Of a stretch of DNA of 33,856 nucleotides, positions 1-7,742 are shown piece after piece. Where the stretch lies: NCBI GenBank assembly GCA_031459875.1, contig JAVKHQ010000028.1, positions 1-33,856 of the forward strand, in the 5' to 3' direction. The DNA comes from Candidatus Fervidifonticultor sextus (lineage in GTDB: Bacteria; Sysuimicrobiota; Sysuimicrobiia; Sysuimicrobiales; Humicultoraceae). The notes beneath the pieces were generated by a model. The model searched no databases, was not told the origin of the DNA, and was given only the letters and a program-made list of their open reading frames with translations. Position 1 is the first letter of the stretch. Each line of letters starts with the position of its first letter. A program made the position numbers and the translations under genes.

Positions 1-1
1 C

Positions 2-30
2 AGTATAGCACGGGCTCCCAGGGGCGTCAA
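2..30 (-). promoter_or_regulatory. Sigma70-type promoter firing leftward out of the window, divergent from mlaE
   Basis: Minus strand reads TTGACG-17 nt-TATACT, with TG forming an extended -10 (TGCTATACT). Confidence 0.75.
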
Positions 31-86
31 CCGAAGGCGCCCGGCCAGGGGGTGTCCCGGGGGACCGCGCCGAAGGGAGAGCCGGC

Positions 87-884
87 ATGGGTGAGCACCC
101 GCTGCGTTCCGGGGCGACCCCCTCTCCCGCCGGGCTCCTGTGGCGGCCGGCCCTCCACGCCCTGACCGAGACCGGCCGGGCCGTGCTCATGCTGGCGTCT
201 GCCCTCCGGCACCTGGGGCGGGGCCGGGTGGAGCTCGGGCAGACGATCGTGCAGATCAACCGGATCGGGGTGGAATCCATCTTCATCGTGCTGATCACCG
301 GGCTCTTCTCCGGCGTCGCCGTGGCCTTCCAGTCGGCCCGCCAGCTCGCCCAGTTCGGCGGACAGGGTTTCGTCGGCGGGCTGGTAGGCCTCTCCATGGC
401 CCGGGAGGCCGCCCCGGTCTTCACCGCCATCACGGTGGCCGGCCGGGTCGGCGCCGGCATCGCCGCCGAGATCGGCGCCATGGCCGTCACCGAGCAGATC
501 GACGCCTTGCGGGTACTGGCGACCGACCCGGTGCGCTACCTGGTGGTTCCCAGGTTGCTGGCCGCGGCCGTGGCGCTGCCCGGCCTCACCCTGCTGGCCA
601 ACATCGTGGGCAGCGCCGGCGGCTACCTGATCGCCACCAGCGTCGGAATCAGCGGCAGCACGTACCTGGACTCGCTGCGGCGCTTCCTCTGGGCCTACGA
701 CATCTACGCGGGCCTGATCAAGGCCCTCTTCTTCGGCCTGATCATCGCCGGGGTCGGCTGCTTCCGCGGCTTGCATGCCACGGGCGGCGCGGACGGCGTG
801 GGCCGGGCGACGACCGGCGCGGTGGTTGCGGCGATCGTCCTCATCCTGATCTTCAACACCCTGCTGGACTTCGTCTTCTTCTAG
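87..884 (+). CDS. mlaE: MlaE-family lipid ABC transporter permease
   Basis: Motifs REAAPVFTAITVAGRVGAGIAAEIGAM-x-VTEQIDALRVLATDPVRYLVVPR and GGADGVGRATT; multiple TM segments; GGGAGA RBS. Confidence 0.93.
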   Translation: MGEHPLRSGATPSPAGLLWRPALHALTETGRAVLMLASALRHLGRGRVELGQTIVQINRIGVESIFIVLITGLFSGVAVAFQSARQLAQFGGQGFVGGLVGLSMAREAAPVFTAITVAGRVGAGIAAEIGAMAVTEQIDALRVLATDPVRYLVVPRLLAAAVALPGLTLLANIVGSAGGYLIATSVGISGSTYLDSLRRFLWAYDIYAGLIKALFFGLIIAGVGCFRGLHATGGADGVGRATTGAVVAAIVLILIFNTLLDFVFF

Positions 885-893
885 GCGGGAAGG

Positions 894-1709
894 ATGACCC
901 CTGAGCGGCCACCACCCTCTCCGTCCGGCCCGGCGCCGGCTGGCGCTGGCGGACCGGACGGCGCCGTCGTGGCCGTCCGCAACCTGTGGAAGCGCTTTGG
1001 GGAGGTCACGGCCCTGGCCGGCGTCTCCCTCCAGGTCCAGCGGGGTGAGATCCAGGTGATCATGGGGCCCAGCGGCTGCGGCAAGAGCGTGCTGCTCAAA
1101 CACCTGGTGGGACTGCTGCGGCCTGACCACGGCGAGGTGCTGGTGTTCGGCCGGCCGGTCCACGCCCTGCCGGACGACGAGCTGGACGCCCTGCGCATCC
1201 GGGTGGGCGTGGTGTTCCAGTCGGGCGCCCTGTTCGACTCGCTCAGCGTGGGGGAGAACGTGGCGTTTCCCCTGCGGCGGCACCTCAGGCTTCCCCCCGA
1301 GGCGATCGCCCGCCGGGTGGCGGCGCTGCTGGCCATGGTGGAGATGGCCGGGACCGAGACCCTGATGCCGTCGGCGCTGTCCGGGGGTATGCGCAAGCGG
1401 GTGGGCATCGCGCGGGCGCTGGCGCTGGATCCGGCGCTCATCCTCTATGACGAGCCCACCAGCGGGCTGGACCCGCTCACGGCGCGCACCGTGGACGACC
1501 TGGTGCGCCGGCTGCGCGCCGACCTCGGCGTGACCTCGGTGGTGGTCACCCACAGCGTGGACTCCGCCTTCTACCTGGCGGACCGGCTCGCGGTCATGGA
1601 CGCCGGCCGGTTCACCGCGGTGGGCACACCGCGGGACATCCTGGCGTCTTTGGATCCGTTCGTCCGGAAGTTCTTGGAGACGCGGACCGTCGAGGTGACC
1701 CCCAGATGA
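894..1709 (+). CDS. mlaF: MlaF-family ABC ATP-binding protein
   Basis: Walker A GPSGCGKS, Q-loop VFQSGALFDSL, signature LSGGMRKRV, Walker B YDEPTSGLDP, H-loop VTH; lies between mlaE and an MCE gene. Confidence 0.93.
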   Translation: MTPERPPPSPSGPAPAGAGGPDGAVVAVRNLWKRFGEVTALAGVSLQVQRGEIQVIMGPSGCGKSVLLKHLVGLLRPDHGEVLVFGRPVHALPDDELDALRIRVGVVFQSGALFDSLSVGENVAFPLRRHLRLPPEAIARRVAALLAMVEMAGTETLMPSALSGGMRKRVGIARALALDPALILYDEPTSGLDPLTARTVDDLVRRLRADLGVTSVVVTHSVDSAFYLADRLAVMDAGRFTAVGTPRDILASLDPFVRKFLETRTVEVTPR

Positions 1710-3082
1710 GTCTGGAAGTGAAAGCCGCCCTGAGCGGCATCCTGATCGTCGTGCTGCTGTTCCTCTCCATTGCCTTCCTGCGGGGGAAGCTGGACTTCCG
1801 CGACCGCACCTACGAGATCCGCGTGCGCGTCGTGAACGCGGGGGGCATGCAGCGGGGCGCGCCGGTCCTCATGGCCGGCATCAAGATCGGCGAGGTCCGG
1901 TGGCTCGACCTGACCGCGCACCAGCAGGCCGAGATCACGCTGCGCATCGACGAAGACCGGAAGATCCCACGCGGATCGCGGTTTGTCATCGGCACCCAGG
2001 GGCTGCTGGGGGATCGGTTCATCGCCATCACTCCGGGGCCAGCGGATGCGCCGCCGATGGAGCCCGGCGAGATCATCGCGGGCGAGGACCCGTTCACCGT
2101 CGAGGCCCTCTTCGACCGCGTGGTCTCCGTCGCCCGCCGGGCCGAAGACCTGCTGGCCAACCTCAACCGGCTGATCAGCGACCCCGGGCTGGCGCGGGAA
2201 GTCAGCGAGACGGTGCGCCACGCCCGCGACGCGACCCTGGTGATGCGACGCGCCGCCGAGAACGTCGAGCACATCACCCAGACCATCGAGCGCTCCACAC
2301 GGGTCCTGGACCGGACCATGGCGGCCGAGGTGCCGGCCATCGCCCGACAACTGCACACCATGGCCACCGAGCTGGCCGCCGCCGCAGGGGATGTCCGGGG
2401 CCTGGTGGGGGACCTGGCCGCCGGGGGCCAGACGGCACAGCAAATCCGCTCGACGGTGGCCTCCATCGAGCGCGCGGCGCAGGGCATCGAGAAGATGGTG
2501 CGCGACCTCCAGGGCGTGGTGAACGAGCAGGAGGTCGGGGCACTCCGGGCCTCGCTGGCCGAGGCCCGGAGTGCCATCACCGAAGCCCGCCAGGCGGTGG
2601 GCGAGGGCCGGGCGGTGATCGGCCGCGCCGACGCGGTCGTCCAGCGCGTGCAGCGGCTGATCCCCGAGCGGCTCGACCTCCCCGGCCTGACGGCGCCGGT
2701 CCGGCTGGAGTACGGGCTCTGGTACGATGGACAGCGGCTCGGCCAGGACGTCACCCTCACGCTCCAACCCGAGGCGGCGCGGTCGTTCATCTTCATGCTG
2801 CGCGAGGCCGGCGGGGCCAACCGGGTGGGCCTGCAGGTCGGCAGTCGGCTGGATGCCTCGTGGAGTGTGCGCTACGGCCTGATCGACTCCCACCTGGGGG
2901 TCGGACTGGACTACCGAGCCTCGCCCTCCATGCTGTACATGATGGATCTCTACAACATCAACCAGCTCACCGCCAACGTCTACCTGCGCTACGCCCTCAC
3001 GCCGGACTACGGCCTGACCCTGCGGGCGGTCGACCTGCTGCGGACCACCACGCTGGGGGTGGGCCTCTCCCGAAGGTTCTGA
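1706..3082 (+). CDS. mlaD: MCE/MlaD protein with long helical region and predicted C-terminal beta-barrel
   Basis: N-terminal TM, MCE motifs ([33 protein letters not shown]), ~190 aa Ala/Glu/Arg helical segment, alternating-pattern strands ending [12 protein letters not shown] overlap with mlaF. Confidence 0.88.
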   Translation: MSLEVKAALSGILIVVLLFLSIAFLRGKLDFRDRTYEIRVRVVNAGGMQRGAPVLMAGIKIGEVRWLDLTAHQQAEITLRIDEDRKIPRGSRFVIGTQGLLGDRFIAITPGPADAPPMEPGEIIAGEDPFTVEALFDRVVSVARRAEDLLANLNRLISDPGLAREVSETVRHARDATLVMRRAAENVEHITQTIERSTRVLDRTMAAEVPAIARQLHTMATELAAAAGDVRGLVGDLAAGGQTAQQIRSTVASIERAAQGIEKMVRDLQGVVNEQEVGALRASLAEARSAITEARQAVGEGRAVIGRADAVVQRVQRLIPERLDLPGLTAPVRLEYGLWYDGQRLGQDVTLTLQPEAARSFIFMLREAGGANRVGLQVGSRLDASWSVRYGLIDSHLGVGLDYRASPSMLYMMDLYNINQLTANVYLRYALTPDYGLTLRAVDLLRTTTLGVGLSRRF

Positions 3083-3115
3083 GCGCGCCGCCGACCGCAC
3101 CGGGCACCGGTTCCG

Positions 3116-3150
3116 AAAAATCAAGAGAGCACTGCGCGCGCAGTGCTCCC
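3116..3150 (-). terminator. Intrinsic terminator, possibly bidirectional between the convergent units
   Basis: Perfect 22-bp palindrome GAGCACTGCGCGCGCAGTGCTC at 3127..3148, followed on the minus strand by TCTTGATTTTT. Confidence 0.75.
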
Positions 3151-3173
3151 CGTCGATCGGAAGCGGCCGCGGG

Positions 3174-3212
3174 CTACTTGCCCTTCTTCTTGGCCGCCTT
3201 CTTCTTCGCCAC
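3174..3212 (-). CDS. Putative 12-aa lysine-rich micropeptide [12 protein letters not shown]
   Basis: GTG GCG AAG AAG AAG GCG GCC AAG AAG AAG GGC AAG TAG; every third position is G/C; GGAGAGGGGG lies 8 nt upstream; promoter-like motif upstream and terminator downstream. Confidence 0.6.
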   Translation of the reverse strand: MAKKKAAKKKGK

Positions 3213-3281
3213 GCTGCTCGCCCCCTCTCCGGAGCTGACGTCACGGACGGATCGCGTCCCGTCCGGCCTTCGGGTGCGACT

Positions 3282-3308
3282 ATTCGCGAGCCGACGACGT
3301 TTTCCTGC
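3282..3308 (-). promoter_or_regulatory. SigH-like promoter upstream of the micro-ORF
   Basis: Minus strand GCAGGAAAA-14 nt-GAAT resembles the Bacillus/Clostridium SigH consensus (RnAGGAwWW-N11/12-RnnGAAT). Confidence 0.45.
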
Positions 3309-3325
3309 CGCGCGGGAGGTTTTTT

Positions 3326-4417
3326 CTACGATGACGCGCGCATGGCGGCGCGAAAGGCGTCGACGACTGCCGGCAGGTCCGACGGCGTCACGTGCCGGTG
3401 GGTCACCAGACGGAGATGGCTGGCATCCACCACGCCCACCCGCACGCCGTGCTCGCCCAGGGCCGTCGCGACCGCCCGGGCATCCCGACCGCTCACCCGG
3501 ATGCGCACCATGTTGGTCTGGACCCGCGCCAGGTCAATCTCCAGCCCGGGGATGCCGACCAGGGCTTCCGCCAGGCGGCGGGCCAGGCGGTGGTCGTCGG
3601 CCAGCCGCTCCACCATCTCCTCCAGCGCCACGATGCCGGCCGCGGCCAGCACGCCGGCCTGCCGCATGCCGCCTCCGACCATCTTGCGGAACCGCCGGGC
3701 CTGCGCGATGAAGGGGCGGGGGCCGCAGAGCACCGACCCGACCGGCGCCGACAGGCCTTTGGAGAGGCAGAACGTCACGGAGTCGGCCGCGGCGGCCAGC
3801 CTGGCCGCCGGCACGCCCAGCGCCACGGCCGCGTTGAAGATCCTGGCACCGTCCATGTGGACGCGGAGGCCATGGCGGTGGGCGACCTCGGCCAGGTCGT
3901 CGATGGCCTCCGGCGGCACGGCGATCCCGCCGTGGCGGTTGTGCGTATTCTCCACGCAGACCAGGCGGGTCGGCGGGAAGTGCAGATCGGGCGGCCGCAA
4001 CGCCGCCTCCAGTTGCGCACCGCTGATGTACCCCCACTGGGTCGGCAGCGCCCGCGGCATGACCCCGGCGAGGGTGGCGATGGACCCGGCCTCGTGGATC
4101 AGGGTGTGGGCCTGGTCGTCCAGGACCACCTCGTCGCCCCGCTGGGTGTGGGCCATCACCGCCACCAGGTTGGCCATCGTGCCCGACGGGACGAACAGGG
4201 CCGCGTCCTTGGCCAGCCGCTGGGCCGCCATCGCCTCCAGCCGGCTGACGCTGGGATCCTCGCCGTACACGTCGTCGCCGACCTCGGCGCGGGCCATCGC
4301 CTCCCGCATGGCCTCGGTGGGCAGGGTGACGGTGTCGGAGCGCAGGTCGATGGCGCGCGCGGGCTCGGGGCCCCTGCGGATCGGCGCCGTAGATGCCCGA
4401 GGACGACTAGGCCTCAT
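3326..4417 (-). CDS. ltaE: Low-specificity L-threonine aldolase (PLP-dependent); exact start uncertain
   Basis: [45 protein letters not shown] lysine in [20 protein letters not shown]. Confidence 0.92.
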   Translation of the reverse strand: MRPSRPRASTAPIRRGPEPARAIDLRSDTVTLPTEAMREAMARAEVGDDVYGEDPSVSRLEAMAAQRLAKDAALFVPSGTMANLVAVMAHTQRGDEVVLDDQAHTLIHEAGSIATLAGVMPRALPTQWGYISGAQLEAALRPPDLHFPPTRLVCVENTHNRHGGIAVPPEAIDDLAEVAHRHGLRVHMDGARIFNAAVALGVPAARLAAAADSVTFCLSKGLSAPVGSVLCGPRPFIAQARRFRKMVGGGMRQAGVLAAAGIVALEEMVERLADDHRLARRLAEALVGIPGLEIDLARVQTNMVRIRVSGRDARAVATALGEHGVRVGVVDASHLRLVTHRHVTPSDLPAVVDAFRAAMRASS

Positions 4418-4706
4418 GCGGGGCCCGGGCCGCGGCGTAGAGTCCGATGCCGCGGGCGGCGATCGCCGAACCCGCGTAGATCATCAGGAAGAAGAACACC
4501 GCCTTCGCGGCCAGGGTCCACCAGGCGGCCGTGGCATCGCGGGGGGTCGCCGGAGAGGCGAGCTGGCCCAGCAGGCCAGAGCCGGCGAGATCAGCGTACA
4601 TCAAGACGAAGACCACCACCAGGCACGCGATGCCCAGCAGGAAGACCGCCAGCCCCATCCAGCGGGCCGCGGGATCGTCATCCGACCGCGCCGTTTTCAA
4701 CGCCAT
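4407..4706 (-). CDS. Small two-TM membrane protein of unknown function
   Basis: 99 aa with two hydrophobic segments; GGGGAGGG RBS; fills the gap between mtnP and ltaE with a short overlap. Confidence 0.7.
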   Translation of the reverse strand: MALKTARSDDDPAARWMGLAVFLLGIACLVVVFVLMYADLAGSGLLGQLASPATPRDATAAWWTLAAKAVFFFLMIYAGSAIAARGIGLYAAARAPHEA

Positions 4707-4731
4707 CCCTCCCCGTGCGCAACATCCCGGC

Positions 4732-5529
4732 CTAGGAGCGAGCGCCAGCCAGCGCGGCGCCGCAGGAGCACCTGCGCTCGCGCGGGATGGCGGCGATCAG
4801 CCCCAGGATCAACTCTCGCATCCGGCCCAGGTTGGCCCGGAAGGCCGCCAACACGTCCTCGGCGCGCACCGGCCTCGCCTGGGGGTCGCCCTCGACGCCG
4901 ACGTCGTAGTCGGTGATGAGTGAGATGTTCACGTAGCAGAGTTCGGCCTCGCGGGCCAGGGCGACCTCCGGGTACTGGGTCATGTTGATGACCTCCCAGC
5001 CCGCCTGCCGGAACCACCGGCTCTCCGACCGGGTAGAGAACCGTGGTCCCTGGATGACGACCACCGTCCCCGTGCGATGCACCCGCAGGCCCTGACGCTG
5101 TGCTACCTCCCAGGCGACCTCGCGCAACTCCGGACAGTAAGGATCGGCCAGGCTGACGTGGTAGGTGTCGGGGCCGTCGAAGAAGGTGTCCCGCCGGCCG
5201 CTGGTGCGGTCGACGAACTGGTCGCAGATCACGAAGTCGCCGGGGCGGATGTGCGGCTGCAAGCTGCCGGCCGCGGCCGGCCCGAGCAGACGGGTCACCC
5301 CCAGCTGTTTCATGGCCGCGGTGTTGGCCCGGTAGTTGATGGCGTGCGGGGGGAACTGATGCTTCCTTCCGTGGCGCGGGAGGAACGCAACCCGCCGTCC
5401 CGCCACCTCTCCGACGGTGATGACGTCGCTGGGCGGCCCGTAGGGCGTGTCCACCGTGATCTCCGTGGCGCCCTCCAGCAGCGAGTAAAACCCCGATCCG
5501 CCGAACACGCCGATCTCCGCCGTGACCAT
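4732..5529 (-). CDS. mtnP: S-methyl-5'-thioadenosine phosphorylase
   Basis: [38 protein letters not shown] motifs; start set at ATG 5529 following GAGGTGG. Confidence 0.9.
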   Translation of the reverse strand: MVTAEIGVFGGSGFYSLLEGATEITVDTPYGPPSDVITVGEVAGRRVAFLPRHGRKHQFPPHAINYRANTAAMKQLGVTRLLGPAAAGSLQPHIRPGDFVICDQFVDRTSGRRDTFFDGPDTYHVSLADPYCPELREVAWEVAQRQGLRVHRTGTVVVIQGPRFSTRSESRWFRQAGWEVINMTQYPEVALAREAELCYVNISLITDYDVGVEGDPQARPVRAEDVLAAFRANLGRMRELILGLIAAIPRERRCSCGAALAGARS

Positions 5530-5730
5530 GCGTCCGTCCACCTCGACCGCACACTGCGCTCACCGGTCGAACGACCCGGGGAGCGGGCAAACATGCATCG
5601 GCCCGGGAGCCCCGGGCCGCGTCGCCTGTTGGAATATCCGCGAGCATCCCATCATTTCGGCGCTGTCGCGATGGGCTCCTCCAGCCTGCCGCAGCAGCGG
5701 CCGTCCTGGGCGGGCTGGCGGCACGGCCTG

Positions 5731-6471
5731 CTAGCCGCGGACCGCGTCTGCTATCTGGGGCAGCACCTGGACAGCCTCTCGCCGGATCGTCACCGCCGCC
5801 AGATGGTCGTAGGGGGTGGGCTCCAGGTTCACGATGATCAGCCGGCCGCCGCGGTCCAGCGTCTCACCCGGGAGGGAGGCAGCAGGGTAGACCTGGAGAG
5901 ACGACCCGACGACGAGCATGACGTCGGCGCTCTGCGCTGTCCGCATCGCGCGTGCCCACGCGTCTTCGGGCAAGAGATCCTCGAACAGCACGACGTTGGG
6001 CTTGAGCAGCGCCCCGCACCGCCCGCACCGCGGGAGCGTACCGGCCTCCAGGGGCACCAGGAGCCGCTGGATGGGGAGGTGCTGCCCGCAGCCGATGCAG
6101 ACCGCCTCGCGCAGGTTGCCGTGGATCTCGATGACCGCCCGCGACCCGGCGGCCTGGTGCAGCCCGTCCACGTTCTGCGTGATGACGGCGTGGAGGTAGC
6201 CGTCCTGCTCCATCGCCGCCAGCGCGGCGTGGGCAGGGTTGGGGGCGGCGTCGGCCAGGCGCGCGAGTCGCTGGCGGTAGAAAGCGTAGAAGGCCTCGGG
6301 CTGCCGCTGGAGCGCGGTCCGCGTGGCCACGGCGAAGGGATCGACGCCGGCCCACAGGCCCCCAGCCGAGCGGAAATCCGGGAGCCCGGACGCCGTACTG
6401 ATCCCCGCGCCGGTCAGTGCCACGGCGCGCCGTGCCGACCGGAGCAGACCGGCGGCGGCCTCGACGCTCAC
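5731..6471 (-). CDS. cobB: NAD-dependent protein deacylase (Sir2 family)
   Basis: TGAGISTASGLPDFRS, TQNVDGLHQ, IHG, zinc ligands CxxC...CxxC, GSSLQVYPAA; GTG start at 6471 overlaps the upstream TGA. Confidence 0.9.
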   Translation of the reverse strand: MSVEAAAGLLRSARRAVALTGAGISTASGLPDFRSAGGLWAGVDPFAVATRTALQRQPEAFYAFYRQRLARLADAAPNPAHAALAAMEQDGYLHAVITQNVDGLHQAAGSRAVIEIHGNLREAVCIGCGQHLPIQRLLVPLEAGTLPRCGRCGALLKPNVVLFEDLLPEDAWARAMRTAQSADVMLVVGSSLQVYPAASLPGETLDRGGRLIIVNLEPTPYDHLAAVTIRREAVQVLPQIADAVRG

Positions 6472-7718
6472 GCCAGGTCGGCCAGGTTGCCGTCTGGCGC
6501 GAACTCCCACGGCACCTCCGGGCCCACCTCGACCCCATCCTGTCCCCGGATGCCCTCCACGACGGTTTCGGACGCCAGCAGGCGCTCCAGGTGCGCGGTG
6601 TTGGGGATTCGGATGAGCCGGGCCCGCCGGGGATCGTCTAGCCCCAGGGTGTCCAGCGCCGTGGCAATCGCCTCGCGATCCGAGGGGAGCGTGATGGGGA
6701 TGAAACCGCGCGACAGGAAGGTGCTGGTGACCGTGTTCAGGTAGGTGGCCCGGCGGTCCATGGCGTCGACCAGGCGCTGCGTGGTCAGATCGGCCAGGCC
6801 GATGCCCTGCGCGTTTCCCTCAGAGCGTGGGGAGAGCCGCAGCACCACGATGCGCTGGATGCGCGGAGCCGACGGCTCGGGAAGTCCCGGAATCCGGTAT
6901 CGCCCGATCACGGTGGTGTCCATCCCGGTGCCGGCATAGACCTTTCCCATCTCGTCCACCACCAGCACGTCCAGCTCGTCCACCGGCAGACGGGGGAGCA
7001 GGAGGCGCGCTTCCTTGAAGAGCTCGAGTTCGCGCCCGATCAAGTCAACCGGGGCCACCGCCTCGACACGCGCCGTGTCTCCACAGGCGTTCTCCAGGAT
7101 CGCGACCCCGCCGACGACCGTCCCCGCGTCCAGATGGACCTGCGCGATGGCGCGAATCGCCTCAGGCAGCCGCGCCGGACCCAGCCGGTGGACCTGGGCG
7201 GCCCCCTCCACGTGGCCGAGCCCGACGGCCAGCATCTTCATCAGGCCGCTGCCGAACGGTTCCGCGAACGCGGTGTGGGGCTTGATCCGGTTCACGACCA
7301 GGATACCGTCGCAGGAAGCGGCTGTCGCGTCGCAGAAGGCGGCCAGGCCATCGGGAGTCCGACCCACCACGACACTCTCTGTGCCGGTGGACACCGGCGC
7401 GCCGATGCTCTCCTCGGTAATCCCCAGGTGTGCCAGCACGCGGCGCTGCCCCTCACGGGTCCCGCCACCGTGGCTGCCCATGGCGGCCACGACCACGGGC
7501 TGGGCCCCCAGGTCACGCAGCACGGCCGCCGCGACCTCAAGGACCGTCGCGATGTTGGCGATCCCGCGGCTGCCGGCCGTCATGGCGATCCGGCGGCCGC
7601 GCACGCGGGCGCTGAGGTCAAGGCTCGCCAGGGCGTCGGCGACCGCCCGCGCGGGATCGGGGACGCGAGGACGCGGAAAGCGGTACCGCACGACGCGCAT
7701 CGGAGGGAACGCCGTCAT
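6468..7718 (-). CDS. Lactate-racemase-N-terminal-like (DUF2088/DUF362-type) protein, function unknown
   Basis: GSRGI, AMGSHGGGT-x-EGQ, NRIKPHT, SGLMKMLAVGLG, GTGMDT-x-VIGR, GNAQGIGLAD; family recognised from memory; start estimated. Confidence 0.75.
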   Translation of the reverse strand: MTAFPPMRVVRYRFPRPRVPDPARAVADALASLDLSARVRGRRIAMTAGSRGIANIATVLEVAAAVLRDLGAQPVVVAAMGSHGGGTREGQRRVLAHLGITEESIGAPVSTGTESVVVGRTPDGLAAFCDATAASCDGILVVNRIKPHTAFAEPFGSGLMKMLAVGLGHVEGAAQVHRLGPARLPEAIRAIAQVHLDAGTVVGGVAILENACGDTARVEAVAPVDLIGRELELFKEARLLLPRLPVDELDVLVVDEMGKVYAGTGMDTTVIGRYRIPGLPEPSAPRIQRIVVLRLSPRSEGNAQGIGLADLTTQRLVDAMDRRATYLNTVTSTFLSRGFIPITLPSDREAIATALDTLGLDDPRRARLIRIPNTAHLERLLASETVVEGIRGQDGVEVGPEVPWEFAPDGNLADLA

Positions 7719-7742
7719 GGGCCGACTGCCCCCCGGAGCCAC

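Noticed and set aside
3236..3280. GGGACGC in the micro-ORF leader suggesting a c-di-GMP-I riboswitch
   Set aside because: No GCAAA motifs, GNRA-capped P1 or second stem.
27..3711. Long ORFs 27..1553(-), 1571..3244(-) and 1900..3711(+)
   Set aside because: Shadow frames of mlaEFD; R/P/G/A-rich with no motifs, as expected in high-GC DNA.
5655..5712. Partial resemblance to an SAH riboswitch (CCAG...GCTGC...CAGGCTGG...ACAGCGCC) upstream of mtnP
   Set aside because: Lacks the GAGCG P4 strand, the conserved A after UGC and the P2 extension; an Rfam scan would settle it.
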